A DNA stretch of 52,339 nt from an uncultured Clostridia bacterium (GCA_947177975.1 CAMWWH010000001.1:1-52339), one strand, 5' to 3'; numbered from the stretch's first letter, positions 9,873 through 19,240 are shown. A program made the numbers and translations. The notes: generated by a model not told the origin, from the sequence alone.

Positions 9873-10748
9873 TTATATAATTTCCTGTAATTGCTTCAAG
9901 AAATACTCGGAACATTTCGGGAAGACCTGATATTTTTTCCACGCAATATCGAGATGAGAGATAAGTTCGGGGTATAGCGGTCTGAAGCAGAGATTACTGT
10001 TCCCGTCTGTGCGGACAATTTTATCGAGACATACGGCATAGCCTAAGCCTTCTTCTACCAAAAGAGACATATTGTAAAGCAAATTGCCCGTCGCAACTAC
10101 GTTTAATTCTCCCGTATCCTTTCTGAACCAATCGCTTATCATATTTCTTCCGTGTGACTGGCGGGAAAGAATTAAAGGCTTATCCCATAAATCTTCGGGA
10201 TTTATAAATTCTTTTTGTGCAAGCGGACTGTCTTTGCGCATAAGCACGCCCCATATATCATATAGCGGTAGTCGGATATAATCGTATTTGCTTACGTCAA
10301 ACGGCTCAATAAATATTCCGAAATCGATAAGTCCTTTGTCAAGTCTTTCGGATACGGTGCCGCTGTCGCCGCTGAACAAATGAAACTTAACGTCGGGGAA
10401 TTTCTGTTGAACGGTACGCGCCGCTTTTGCAATAAGCCCCATAACGTAGCTTTCACCGCCGCCGATATGAACGTCGCCGCTGATATCCGTAATGGGAGCA
10501 TTGAGTTCGCTTTCGGTTTTATTATATAATTCGATAATTTCTTCCGCACGCTTTAAAAGGAGCTGTCCCGCTTCCGTAAGCGTGATTTTTCTTGTACCGC
10601 GAATGAACAGTTGTTGTCCTATTTCTTTTTCGAGGTTTTGCATTTGCCGCGATAAATTCGGTTGCGTAACGAATAAGCTTGAAGCCGCTTTGGAAATGCT
10701 TTGCTCTCGCGCAACCGCCGAAAAGTATTTTAATTCTCTCAGTTCCAT
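9873..10748 (-). CDS. LysR-family transcriptional regulator
   Basis: N-terminal wHTH MELRELKYFSAVAREQSISKAASSLFVTQPNLSRQMQNLEKEIG. 291 aa. Divergent from the downstream enzyme cluster. Confidence 0.92.
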   Translation of the reverse strand: MELRELKYFSAVAREQSISKAASSLFVTQPNLSRQMQNLEKEIGQQLFIRGTRKITLTEAGQLLLKRAEEIIELYNKTESELNAPITDISGDVHIGGGESYVMGLIAKAARTVQQKFPDVKFHLFSGDSGTVSERLDKGLIDFGIFIEPFDVSKYDYIRLPLYDIWGVLMRKDSPLAQKEFINPEDLWDKPLILSRQSHGRNMISDWFRKDTGELNVVATGNLLYNMSLLVEEGLGYAVCLDKIVRTDGNSNLCFRPLYPELISHLDIAWKKYQVFPKCSEYFLKQLQEII

Positions 10749-10811
10749 ATACGCATTATATCAATTAAAGTTATGTCTGTCAATTATGGATTAGCTATAA
10801 AATATAAGCAT

Positions 10812-10840
10812 TTGACATATGTTTTGAGTCAAAATAAAAT
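10812..10840 (+). promoter_or_regulatory. Candidate promoter TTGACA-17-TAAAAT for the acetyltransferase cluster
   Basis: TTGACA at 10812-10817 and TAAAAT at 10835-10840. The -10 box ends only 6 nt before ATG 10847, so the mRNA may be leaderless, or translation may start at the next ATG (10874). Confidence 0.5.
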
Positions 10841-10846
10841 ATTGGT

Positions 10847-11416
10847 ATGAATATCGGACAATTCAAAGAAGAGATGAAAAATCAAACGTATATCGTAGCA
10901 AATTCCGAAATGCACCAACATATGCACGAGATGGCAGGGCGTGCGAGAAGAATAACCGTTGAAATGAGTAACGCCTACCGCACCCCCGAAGAGTTGCGGG
11001 CATTGTTTTCCGAGCTTATCTGGCAAAAGGTTGACGACAGCTTCGGCATATTCCCGCCCTTTAATGCGGATTACGGTCTGAATATAAAGGTCGGCAAAAA
11101 CGTATTTATCAATTCCGGCTGTTGCTTTCAGGATCAGGGCGGAATTGAAATAGGCGATAACGTGCTCATAGGTCAGCAGGTAGTCATTGCAACTTTAAAT
11201 CATGATTTAAATCCGCAAAAGCGCGCGAATATGTTGCCTGCGCCCGTAAAGATAGGCAACGGGGTCTGGATAGGGGCGCACGCAACAATTCTTTCGGGAG
11301 TAACAATCGGTGACGGCGCGGTTATAGCGGCAGGGGCGGTCGTAACAAAAGACGTACCCGAAAATACCGTTGTCGGCGGAGTGCCCGCAAAAATAATTAA
11401 AACTATCAAGGAGTAA
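10847..11416 (+). CDS. Sugar O-acetyltransferase (maltose/galactoside acetyltransferase-like, left-handed beta-helix)
   Basis: Hexapeptide repeats ([44 protein letters not shown]) after a Mac-type N-terminal region. Confidence 0.85.
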   Translation: MNIGQFKEEMKNQTYIVANSEMHQHMHEMAGRARRITVEMSNAYRTPEELRALFSELIWQKVDDSFGIFPPFNADYGLNIKVGKNVFINSGCCFQDQGGIEIGDNVLIGQQVVIATLNHDLNPQKRANMLPAPVKIGNGVWIGAHATILSGVTIGDGAVIAAGAVVTKDVPENTVVGGVPAKIIKTIKE

Positions 11417-11420
11417 ATAT

Positions 11421-12401
11421 ATGGACGGGAAATTGAATTTAAGCGAAGAATGGGATAAAGTTTTTCCGAAAAGCGACAAGGTTGACCACGAAAAAGTCAC
11501 CTTCCACAACCGTTACGGCATAACGCTTGCGGCGGATTTATATATCCCCAAGAACGCAAAGGGCAAGCTGCCCGCGATTGCAGTCTGCGGTCCTTTCGGC
11601 GCGGTTAAAGAACAGTCGTCGGGACTTTACGCGCAAGAAATGGCGGAGCGGGGATATCTGACGATAGCGTTCGACCCCTCGTTCACGGGTGAGAGCGGCG
11701 GACAGCCGAGATATGTTGCGTCCCCCGATATAAACACCGAGGACTTCTGCGGGGCGGTAGATTATCTTTCCTGCCGCGTGGACGTAGACCCCGAAAAAAT
11801 AGGCGTAATCGGTATCTGCGGTTGGGGCGGTATGGCAATAAACGCGGCGGCTATCGACACGAGAATTAAGGCAACCGTAGCTTCAACTATGTACGATATG
11901 ACGAGGGTAAACGCCAAAGGTTACTTCGATTCGGCGGACAGCGAAGAAGCCCGCTATCAAACTAAGAAATCGTTAAATGCTCAAAGAATAGCCGATTACA
12001 AAAACGGCAGTTACGAACTCGGCGGAGGGGTAGTTGATCCGCTTCCCGCCGACGCGCCGTTTTTCGTCAGGGACTACTACGATTATTATAAGACCGACCG
12101 CGGATATCACAAGCGTTCGTTAAATTCGAACGGCGGCTGGAACAAGACGAGCGCGCTCTCGTTCATCAATATGCCCATACTTGCGTACAGCAACGAAATA
12201 AGAAGCGCAGTGCTTATAATGCACGGAGACAAGGCGCACTCGTGCTATTTCAGTAAGGACGCTTTCCAAAACTTAAAGGGGGATAATAAGGAACTGCTAA
12301 TTATTCCCGACGCGGTACATACCGATTTGTACGACAGAACGGACGTAATACCGTTCGACAAGCTCGATAAATTTTTTGAAAAAAACTTTGACGCGGAATA
12401 A
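11421..12401 (+). CDS. Alpha/beta hydrolase, dienelactone-hydrolase-like with Cys nucleophile elbow
   Basis: Nucleophile elbow GICGWGG (G-x-C-x-G). 326 aa. His is near the C-terminus (DAVHTDLY). Confidence 0.75.
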   Translation: MDGKLNLSEEWDKVFPKSDKVDHEKVTFHNRYGITLAADLYIPKNAKGKLPAIAVCGPFGAVKEQSSGLYAQEMAERGYLTIAFDPSFTGESGGQPRYVASPDINTEDFCGAVDYLSCRVDVDPEKIGVIGICGWGGMAINAAAIDTRIKATVASTMYDMTRVNAKGYFDSADSEEARYQTKKSLNAQRIADYKNGSYELGGGVVDPLPADAPFFVRDYYDYYKTDRGYHKRSLNSNGGWNKTSALSFINMPILAYSNEIRSAVLIMHGDKAHSCYFSKDAFQNLKGDNKELLIIPDAVHTDLYDRTDVIPFDKLDKFFEKNFDAE

Positions 12402-12405
12402 TATT

Positions 12406-13023
12406 ATGAAAAGACTTTTAGGAATGTTGTTAATTATCATTATGGCGCTATTCGGTTTAACTGCCTGCGGCAACGGAAGTGCGGACGGGGACAGCGAAAC
12501 GGGCGAAAGTAGCGGAACGATAAGTTCCGATATTCTTATTGCTTACTTTTCCTGCACGAATACTACTGCGGCAATAGCCGAACATATCGAAGCGGAAACC
12601 AAAGGAACGCTTTACGAAATCGTACCCCAAGAGCCTTATACCGAGGACGATTTGAAGTACTATACGGATTGCAGAGCGGACAGAGAACAGGCAGACGCCA
12701 CCGCCCGTCCGGCGATCAACGGAACAGTAGAGAATATGGAGAAATACGAAGTGGTGTTTATAGGCTACCCTATATGGCACGCACAGGCGCCGAAAATAAT
12801 TTATACCTTTCTCGAAAGCTATGATTTTTCGGGCAAGACAATCGTACCGTTCTGCACTTCGGCAAGCAGCGGTATAGGCTCGAGCGACAAAAACCTGCAC
12901 GCTCTCGCTCCTTCGGCGGAATGGGTATCCGGCAGACGGTTTTCGTCGGGGACTTCGAGAAGTACGGTTGCCGATTGGATAAAAAGCTCCGATCTCTCCG
13001 TGCTTTTCAGCTCGGTCGGATGA
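12406..13023 (+). CDS. Flavodoxin-like lipoprotein
   Basis: ORF 12376..13023. ATG 12406 gives MKRLLGMLLIIIMALFGLTAC, a lipobox signal peptide. Flavodoxin-type core: ILIAYFSCTNTT, VFIGYPIWHAQAP, PFCTSASSG. Confidence 0.8.
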   Translation: MKRLLGMLLIIIMALFGLTACGNGSADGDSETGESSGTISSDILIAYFSCTNTTAAIAEHIEAETKGTLYEIVPQEPYTEDDLKYYTDCRADREQADATARPAINGTVENMEKYEVVFIGYPIWHAQAPKIIYTFLESYDFSGKTIVPFCTSASSGIGSSDKNLHALAPSAEWVSGRRFSSGTSRSTVADWIKSSDLSVLFSSVG

Positions 13024-13047
13024 AATAATGTAAAACTGCCTTTAATC

Positions 13048-13076
13048 TTGACATAATTCTGCTTATACTTTATAAT
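13048..13076 (+). promoter_or_regulatory. Consensus promoter TTGACA-17-TATAAT
   Basis: TTGACA at 13048-13053 and TATAAT at 13071-13076, upstream of the ABM gene. Confidence 0.6.
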
Positions 13077-13102
13077 TCAAAGACGGAGCGGAAGGGTAAG
13101 AA

Positions 13103-13435
13103 ATGACTATTACGATAAATATTTATTATAGCGGCGAGAACGGAAACGCAAGGAAATTTGCGGAGGAAATGATTTCGAGCGGGATAGTTAACGATATCCG
13201 CGCGGAGGACGGGAATATCGGATACGAATACTTTTTCCCGATGGACGATAAGGAAACCGTGCTTTTGATTGACGCGTGGAAAGACCAACGTTCGCTCGAT
13301 AAACACCACGCTTCGCCCATGATGGCGAAAATAGCTGAGCTTCGCGACAAATACGATTTACATATGAGAGTGGAGCGGTATATATCCGACGATACGGGAA
13401 TACCCGCAACGGATAAAGCGTATATACGCAAGTAA
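13103..13435 (+). CDS. Antibiotic-biosynthesis-monooxygenase (ABM) superfamily protein / putative quinol monooxygenase
   Basis: 110 aa with a ferredoxin-like ABM pattern (LLIDAWKDQRSLDKHHASPHM-type motif: LLIDAWKDQRSLDKHHASPMM). Confidence 0.7.
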   Translation: MTITINIYYSGENGNARKFAEEMISSGIVNDIRAEDGNIGYEYFFPMDDKETVLLIDAWKDQRSLDKHHASPMMAKIAELRDKYDLHMRVERYISDDTGIPATDKAYIRK

Positions 13436-13476
13436 ATTATCCGAACTGAAAATAAAAACCGTAAAGGAGTAAATAT

Positions 13477-14049
13477 ATGTTAAAAGATTTAGGAGTAAAA
13501 CCTTACACTTTCCCTATGCCCGTGCTTATGATTTCGACCTATAACGAGGACGGCAGCGTGGACGTTATGAACATGGCTTGGGGCGGAGTATGCGCCGAAA
13601 ATATGGTTGCGCTGAACATTGACGAGGACCACAAGACTTCGGAAAATATCAAGCGCACGGGTGCGTTTACGCTCAGCATTGCCGACGTCGACCACATAGA
13701 GGAGGCGGACTTTTTCGGAATTGCGACGGGCAATAAAATGAATGATAAGTTCGAGCGTTCGGGCTTGCACGCGGTTAAAAGTACGCGGGTGAACGCGCCG
13801 ATTGTCGAAGAATTTCCTCTGACGCTCGAATGTAAAGTGGTCGAGTGTCAGCATACCGTTTACGGGTTCAGAGTATTGGGCGAAATTCTCAACGTGCTTG
13901 CGGACGAAAAAGTGCTCGACGAAAAGGGAAAGGTAGACCCCGCAAAGCTCAACGCGTTCGTGTTCGACCAGTTTAAAAGCGGTTATTACGCGATAGGCGA
14001 AAAGGTAGGACAGGCTTGGCAGTCGGGCGCGAAGCTGATGAAAAAGTAA
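13477..14049 (+). CDS. Flavin reductase-like (FMN-binding split-barrel) protein
   Basis: 190 aa with a typical flavin-reductase-domain pattern (PVLMISTYNEDGSVDVMNMAWGG, ECKV). Confidence 0.75.
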   Translation: MLKDLGVKPYTFPMPVLMISTYNEDGSVDVMNMAWGGVCAENMVALNIDEDHKTSENIKRTGAFTLSIADVDHIEEADFFGIATGNKMNDKFERSGLHAVKSTRVNAPIVEEFPLTLECKVVECQHTVYGFRVLGEILNVLADEKVLDEKGKVDPAKLNAFVFDQFKSGYYAIGEKVGQAWQSGAKLMKK

Positions 14050-14080
14050 GTTAAAAGCGGTAATATATCTAATAAATACC

Positions 14081-14110
14081 GGGCGGGTAGAAACACCCGC
14101 CTTTATTTTT
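14081..14110 (+). terminator. Rho-independent terminator
   Basis: Stem GGGCGGGT / ACCCGCCT, followed by TTATTTTT. Confidence 0.75.
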
Positions 14111-14115
14111 GTGTA

Positions 14116-14155
14116 TTGACAGTTAAGTTACGGAATGTTATTATAATAATAACAT
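14116..14155 (+). promoter_or_regulatory. Promoter TTGACA-17-TATTAT overlapped by a 21-bp perfect palindrome (candidate operator)
   Basis: TTGACA at 14116-14121 and TATTAT at 14139-14144. The palindrome ATGTTATTAT-A-ATAATAACAT spans 14135-14155. Confidence 0.55.
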
Positions 14156-14177
14156 ATCAAGGTATACGGAGAGAAAA

Positions 14178-16112
14178 ATGAATAAACGGTTTATCGGCAA
14201 AATTTCCTGTTTGATAGTGGCTGTTGCCATGGCGTTCGGTATCGTCGGTTGTAACGACGGCAACGACGATTCCGGCAGTACTTCCGAACCCCCGACCGAC
14301 GGTCAGGAGGTGACTTTGCCTACGGATAAAACGCCCACCCTCTATCTTGCGGGCGACTCGACCGTGCAATCGTATTCCGACGCGCAGTACATTGCGGGCT
14401 GGGGACAGTACCTCGGTTTGTTCCTCGACGAGAACGTTACCGTCGTAAACGCGGCAAGGGGCGGCAGAAGTTCCCGCTCGTTTATAAACGAGGACAGACT
14501 GTTTAAAAATACCGACGGCAAGAAATATTCGTTTTCGGAGAACGGCGGAAAGTCGATTGAAGAAACCATAAAAGAGGGCGATTTCCTTTTCATACAGTTC
14601 GGTCATAACGACGACGCGTCGAAGGGAGCGAGCGGGGCTACGTATATGTACGACAGAATGGTACCGCTCGGAACGCCCGACGTAAACGGGATTTATCCTA
14701 CGACCGCGCCCGAAACGCAGAGGGCTACGACCTATTTGCCCGCGGAATATCTGGCAACTAACCCGTCCGACAGCGCAAAAAATTCCGCTCTCACGGAAAT
14801 TGCGAAATACGGCGACGTATACTACGCATACGGCGACGGCACGTATAAGTGGTACTTAAAGCAGTTCGTGGATTTGGCGAGAGAAAAGGGCGCGATACCC
14901 GTGCTTATGACTCCCGTTGCAAGGGTGTCTTTCAATTCGGACGGCACGCTTAAAAGCGGCGCGGGCCTGCACGGCGAGGACTTCGCTTACGTTAAAGCCG
15001 TCCGTCAGCTTGCCGAGGAAGAAAACTGTCTTTTAATAGACAACTTTGCATACACCAAGGAAACGCTTGAAAAGGCAACCAAAGAGTTCTCCGACTTCCT
15101 TATGGCAATCGTGCCCAACCAGATAAACAACGGCCCTTGGCCTACGGGATACGATAACGCGTATAAAAATTCGGGCGCGGGCTACGACAAGATGGAGGGA
15201 ACGCACTACAACAAATACGGCGCGTATATAACCGCCGCCTACGTTGCCGAAACGATAATTGAGAGCGGCGCGAACGTCGTCAAGGGCAGTGACGGTAAAA
15301 AGGAATACTTTACGTTCGCAGGCAAGGTGCTGACTACGCCGAGAGGTTACGTTGCTCCGTCCAACCGTATAGGCATAAGCAAGGTTGCCGAGCTTGAGGG
15401 TATGTTCGATAAAGTCAATCCCACCGACCCGAACAGAACGTATACTCAGCCGTCCGTAGCCGTTCAGGCAATCGATACGTTGGCGGAATTGGTCAGAATC
15501 AGTGTGATTACCGAGGAAAACTACGAAGAGTATAAGGGCTACTGTGATGACGTGAGGGCAATTTACGAAAGCCTTAATTACGATTTGAGAAAGGACGTTA
15601 CGAATTATAACCTGCTCGAACAGTGCGAGGCGACGGTAAAGGCGGCAAGACCCAAACCGCAGTCTACGGTAGTGCTGTGCGCAAACAGTTACAGTTCCAA
15701 TAGCGATATTACCGTGGAAGGACATACGTTTACGTTTAATTCGGCTTTGGTTGAATACTCGAAGAAGGGCGCGGCGTTTACGTATAACGACGTTCAGTAT
15801 GCGGCGACGACAAAATCTATCCGTCTGAACGGTAACGCGAGTCTGACGGGTAACCAAACCAAGTTTATCGAGTTCACCGTCAGCGGTCCGTGCACGATTA
15901 CTATGGTGGCAAGCGGCGGCGGCAGTACGACAGACGTCGTATTCAGATATATTCAGATGGTCGACGCAAACAAGAAGCCCGTGTGCGAGTATGCAATCGG
16001 TCCCGAACAGGCGGTCGTGTCCAACGAAATCGAGCAAGGGGGAACGTACCGAATAGGTTCGACGGGCAGCAATATCGACCTGTACTATCTCATTATCGAG
16101 TATTACGCATAA
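14178..16112 (+). CDS. SGNH/GDSL hydrolase lipoprotein (rhamnogalacturonan acetylesterase-like, CE12-type) with C-terminal extension
   Basis: Lipobox IVGC. SGNH blocks LYLAGDSTVQSY, NAARGGRSSRSF and FIQFGHNDD. About 250 aa of extra C-terminal beta-rich sequence. Confidence 0.78.
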   Translation: MNKRFIGKISCLIVAVAMAFGIVGCNDGNDDSGSTSEPPTDGQEVTLPTDKTPTLYLAGDSTVQSYSDAQYIAGWGQYLGLFLDENVTVVNAARGGRSSRSFINEDRLFKNTDGKKYSFSENGGKSIEETIKEGDFLFIQFGHNDDASKGASGATYMYDRMVPLGTPDVNGIYPTTAPETQRATTYLPAEYLATNPSDSAKNSALTEIAKYGDVYYAYGDGTYKWYLKQFVDLAREKGAIPVLMTPVARVSFNSDGTLKSGAGLHGEDFAYVKAVRQLAEEENCLLIDNFAYTKETLEKATKEFSDFLMAIVPNQINNGPWPTGYDNAYKNSGAGYDKMEGTHYNKYGAYITAAYVAETIIESGANVVKGSDGKKEYFTFAGKVLTTPRGYVAPSNRIGISKVAELEGMFDKVNPTDPNRTYTQPSVAVQAIDTLAELVRISVITEENYEEYKGYCDDVRAIYESLNYDLRKDVTNYNLLEQCEATVKAARPKPQSTVVLCANSYSSNSDITVEGHTFTFNSALVEYSKKGAAFTYNDVQYAATTKSIRLNGNASLTGNQTKFIEFTVSGPCTITMVASGGGSTTDVVFRYIQMVDANKKPVCEYAIGPEQAVVSNEIEQGGTYRIGSTGSNIDLYYLIIEYYA

Positions 16113-16143
16113 GGTCGGCAAAAAAACAGTAAAGGAGTAAGAT

Positions 16144-16884
16144 ATGAGTAAGAAAATAATACAGACGGCAGGACGTGATTCGCTCGGCGAATTCGCTCCG
16201 AAATTTGCACAGCTTAACGACGACGTTTTATTCGGAGAGGTTTGGTCGGGCGACGCGCTCTCTCTCAAAACCCGCTCTATGCTTACGGTAACGACGCTTG
16301 TTTCGAAAGGGCTTACAGACAGCTCCTTTCAGTACCACCTGCAAACGGCAAAGGCTAACGGCGTAACCAAAGCGGAAATGGCGGAGCTTTTAACCCACGT
16401 TGCATTTTACGCGGGCTGGCCCAACGCGTGGGCGGCTTTCCGTATGGCAAAAGAAGTTTATGCGGAAGACGGCAAGTTCGGCGGACTGTTCGGACTCGGA
16501 GAGCCTAACACGGCGTATGCGAAATATTTCGTCGGCAACTCTTACTTGAAGCCGCTCACAGACCCCAAGCAAACGGTGTTTATGGCTAACGTAACTTTCG
16601 AGCCGAAGTGCCGCAACAACTGGCATATTCACAGAGCGGATAAAGGCGGCGGACAAATTCTGTTGTGTACCGACGGATGCGGCTGGTATCAGGAATGGGG
16701 GAAAGAGGCGCAAGCGTTAAAGGCGGGCGACGTCGTTTATATCCCTGTCGGCGTAAAGCACTGGCACGGCGCGGCGGCGGACAGTTGGTTCTCGCACATA
16801 GCGGTGGAATGTCCGGGCGTGAATACGTCCAACGAGTGGTGCGAGCCCGTTTCGGACGAAGAATATTTTAAATTGGAGCGGTAA
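16144..16884 (+). CDS. Carboxymuconolactone decarboxylase (CMD)-family domain fused to a cupin domain
   Basis: The N-terminal half has CMD-like helices (MAELLTHVAFYAGWPNAWAAF). The C-terminal half is a cupin (NNWHIHRADKGGGQILLCTDGCGWYQEWG, VKHWHGA). Confidence 0.8.
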   Translation: MSKKIIQTAGRDSLGEFAPKFAQLNDDVLFGEVWSGDALSLKTRSMLTVTTLVSKGLTDSSFQYHLQTAKANGVTKAEMAELLTHVAFYAGWPNAWAAFRMAKEVYAEDGKFGGLFGLGEPNTAYAKYFVGNSYLKPLTDPKQTVFMANVTFEPKCRNNWHIHRADKGGGQILLCTDGCGWYQEWGKEAQALKAGDVVYIPVGVKHWHGAAADSWFSHIAVECPGVNTSNEWCEPVSDEEYFKLER

Positions 16885-16885
16885 T

Positions 16886-17998
16886 ATGTTCGAGGGAGTG
16901 AAAAAGAACTTCGGTTTCGGCTGTATGCGTCTGCCCATGAAAGACGGCGAAATCGACTACGCCGAATTCAACAAAATGATCGATACGTACATAGAAAACG
17001 GCTTCAATTATTTCGATACCGCGCACGGTTATCATTCGGGCAAAAGCGAAACGGCGCTTCGCGACTGCCTTGTGGCGCGCTATCCCCGCGACAAATATAT
17101 CCTTACGAACAAGCTGACCAATTTCTATTTCAAGTCGGAAGCGGACGTCCGCCCCTTCTTCGAAAGTCAGCTTAAAATCTGCGGAGTGGACTATTTCGAT
17201 TTTTACCTTATGCACGCGCAGAGCAAGGAAATTTTCGCCTATTTCAAAAAGTGCCGCGCTTACGAGCAGGCGCTTCAATTCAAGGCGGAAGGCAAGATTA
17301 AGCATTTCGGCATTTCTTTCCACGATACTGCGGAGGTGCTTGACCAAATCCTGACCGAATATCCGCAGATAGAGGTCGTGCAGATACAGCTCAATTACGT
17401 CGACTACGACGACCCCGCGGTGCAGTCTAAGAAGTGCCTCGAAGTCTGCAATAAGCACGGCAAGCCCGTCATAGTTATGGAGCCCGTAAAGGGCGGAAAC
17501 CTTGTCAATCTTCCCGCGGAAGCCAAAAAGTATTTCGAGGAGCTGGGCGGCGCAAGCACGGCGAGCTACGCCATACGCTTTGCCGCGGGCTGCAAGGGCG
17601 TGTTTATGGTTTTGTCGGGAATGAGCGATATGGCGCAGATGAACGACAACCTTTCGTATATGAAGGACTTCAAGCCTCTTGACGAAAGGGAAATGCAGGC
17701 GGTTCAAAGCGTGTGCAACGTGTTCAAGGGTATGAATTTAATCCCCTGTACCGCGTGCCGTTACTGCACTGACGGCTGTCCGAAAAAGATATCCATTCCC
17801 GATTTGTTCGCGTGTATGAATACCAAGAACATTTACCGCGACTGGAACGCGGACTATTATTACAGCGAGGTGCATACGAAGAACCGCGGCAAGGCTTCGG
17901 AATGTATAAAGTGCGGCAAGTGTGAAAAAGCCTGCCCTCAGCATTTACCCATACGCGATTTACTCATAGACGTTGCCAAGGAATTCGAAAAAAAATGA
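16886..17998 (+). CDS. Aldo/keto reductase fused to a C-terminal 2x[4Fe-4S] ferredoxin-like domain
   Basis: AKR core (FDTAHGYHSGKSE, YFDFYLMH) plus Cys clusters CTACRYCTDGCP and CIKCGKCEKACP. Confidence 0.85.
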   Translation: MFEGVKKNFGFGCMRLPMKDGEIDYAEFNKMIDTYIENGFNYFDTAHGYHSGKSETALRDCLVARYPRDKYILTNKLTNFYFKSEADVRPFFESQLKICGVDYFDFYLMHAQSKEIFAYFKKCRAYEQALQFKAEGKIKHFGISFHDTAEVLDQILTEYPQIEVVQIQLNYVDYDDPAVQSKKCLEVCNKHGKPVIVMEPVKGGNLVNLPAEAKKYFEELGGASTASYAIRFAAGCKGVFMVLSGMSDMAQMNDNLSYMKDFKPLDEREMQAVQSVCNVFKGMNLIPCTACRYCTDGCPKKISIPDLFACMNTKNIYRDWNADYYYSEVHTKNRGKASECIKCGKCEKACPQHLPIRDLLIDVAKEFEKK

Positions 17999-18411
17999 CT
18001 GATTTACAGGTTGCGAAGAATAACCTCGCGGGGCATACCATTTGCCTTTGCAAGGGCGGGGAATGTATTTACAGCGTAAGGCGCGGCATTGCGCCTATTA
18101 TGGGGTTTATCGAAAGCGGAGTCGATTTAAGGGGATATTCGGTTGCGGACGTGGTCGTCGGCAAGGCGGCGGCTTTGATGTTCGTCAAGTGCGGAATAAC
18201 TCACGTCTTCGCCAAAACTCTTTCCGAATACGGTAAAAGCGTGTTGGAGCTTTACGGCTTGGATTACGAATACGGAATACTGACCGAAAGAATAATCAAC
18301 CGCGAGGGTACGGACACGTGTCCTATGGAGAAGACCGTAATGCATACCGCCGACCCCGAAGCGGCGTACGAATTATTGAAAAATAAACTGTCCGAACTCA
18401 AGAGCCGATAG
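17995..18411 (+). CDS. DUF1893 (TM1506-like) family protein
   Basis: ATGA overlap with the AKR stop. 138 aa. The pattern LCKGGECIYSVRRGIAPIMGFI, VADVVVGKAAALMFV, GTDTCPMEK matches my recollection of the DUF1893 family. The assignment is from memory. Confidence 0.6.
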   Translation: MTDLQVAKNNLAGHTICLCKGGECIYSVRRGIAPIMGFIESGVDLRGYSVADVVVGKAAALMFVKCGITHVFAKTLSEYGKSVLELYGLDYEYGILTERIINREGTDTCPMEKTVMHTADPEAAYELLKNKLSELKSR

Positions 18412-18428
18412 TGTATATCGAAATTTCG

Positions 18429-18465
18429 GGGAACTCGCAATTTTTGCGGGTTCCTTTTATTTTCC
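18429..18465 (+). terminator. Rho-independent terminator
   Basis: Stem GGGAACTCGC / GCGGGTTCCT with loop AATTTTT, followed by TTTATTTT. Confidence 0.7.
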
Positions 18466-18499
18466 GTGTGTTCGCGGTAAAATAAACGCAATTTCGCGC

Positions 18500-18529
18500 T
18501 TGCGGGTGACTTGCGTATTGCCGTATAAT
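18500..18529 (+). promoter_or_regulatory. Candidate promoter TTGCGG-18-TATAAT of the phosphoesterase/nuclease cassette
   Basis: TTGCGG at 18500-18505 and TATAAT at 18524-18529. A strong SD (AAGGAGG) precedes ATG 18554. Confidence 0.45.
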
Positions 18530-18553
18530 ATAAATTAGGCAAGGAGGTAAACT

Positions 18554-19240
18554 ATGATTTACGTAACAGGCGATACTCACGGATTACAGGACTACTTTAA
18601 ACTGCATATATTTGCGGGGCAACACCCCGAACTCACCAAGGACGACTATGTGATAATTGCGGGCGATTTCGGCGGGGTCTGGGACAGTAAGACATTGGCT
18701 GCCGATATAAAGCCTTATACCGAGCTTCCGTTCACTGTGCTTTTCGTGGACGGCAATCACGAAAATTTCGACCTCTTGGAAACCTTTCCCGTCGAGGAAT
18801 GGCACGGCGGTAAGGTGCATAAAATCAGACCCGACGTCATTCATCTTATGCGCGGTCAGATTTTCGAGATAGAGGGAAAGACCTTTTTCACCTTCGGCGG
18901 CGCGACGAGCATAGATAAGTTTATGCGCAGAGAGGGCATAAGCTGGTGGGCGCAGGAGCTACCCACTTTCGAGGAGCTCGACGAGGGTGTTGCCAACCTC
19001 AAACGCATTGGCGGCAAGGTGGACTATATTATCACGCATTCGTGCGGTGAGCGCGCTCTCACGTACCCGCAGATAAGAATTGCGGCGGGCGTCAAAACGG
19101 CTTGCCCCGAAACTCATATACTGTCTAATTTCGAGGACTTCGTCGATTTCAAGCACTGGTACTTCGGGCACTTCCATACCGACGCGCGGCTGGGCGACAA
19201 GTACACCGCACTCTATCACGAAATTGTGGGGATAGAATAA
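18554..19240 (+). CDS. Calcineurin-like metallophosphoesterase
   Basis: Motifs MIYVTGDTHG, IIAGDFGG, VDGNHEN, ITHS, GHFH. 228 aa. Confidence 0.85.
   Translation: MIYVTGDTHGLQDYFKLHIFAGQHPELTKDDYVIIAGDFGGVWDSKTLAADIKPYTELPFTVLFVDGNHENFDLLETFPVEEWHGGKVHKIRPDVIHLMRGQIFEIEGKTFFTFGGATSIDKFMRREGISWWAQELPTFEELDEGVANLKRIGGKVDYIITHSCGERALTYPQIRIAAGVKTACPETHILSNFEDFVDFKHWYFGHFHTDARLGDKYTALYHEIVGIE

Noticed and set aside
15033-16268. A 411-aa antisense ORF opposite the SGNH lipoprotein and CMD-cupin genes
   Set aside because: It spans two sense genes and their intergenic SD. It has Arg-rich, low-complexity composition and no start context. It is a typical shadow ORF of GC-rich coding sequence.
16868-17707. 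A 279-aa antisense ORF opposite the AKR gene. Similar shadow ORFs occur at 36802-37851, 37578-38622, 36118-36675, 47608-48210, 49595-50200 and 7965-8642
   Set aside because: In each case the opposite strand encodes a protein with clear family motifs. The antisense products have no recognisable motifs and are skewed toward Arg, Leu and Val.
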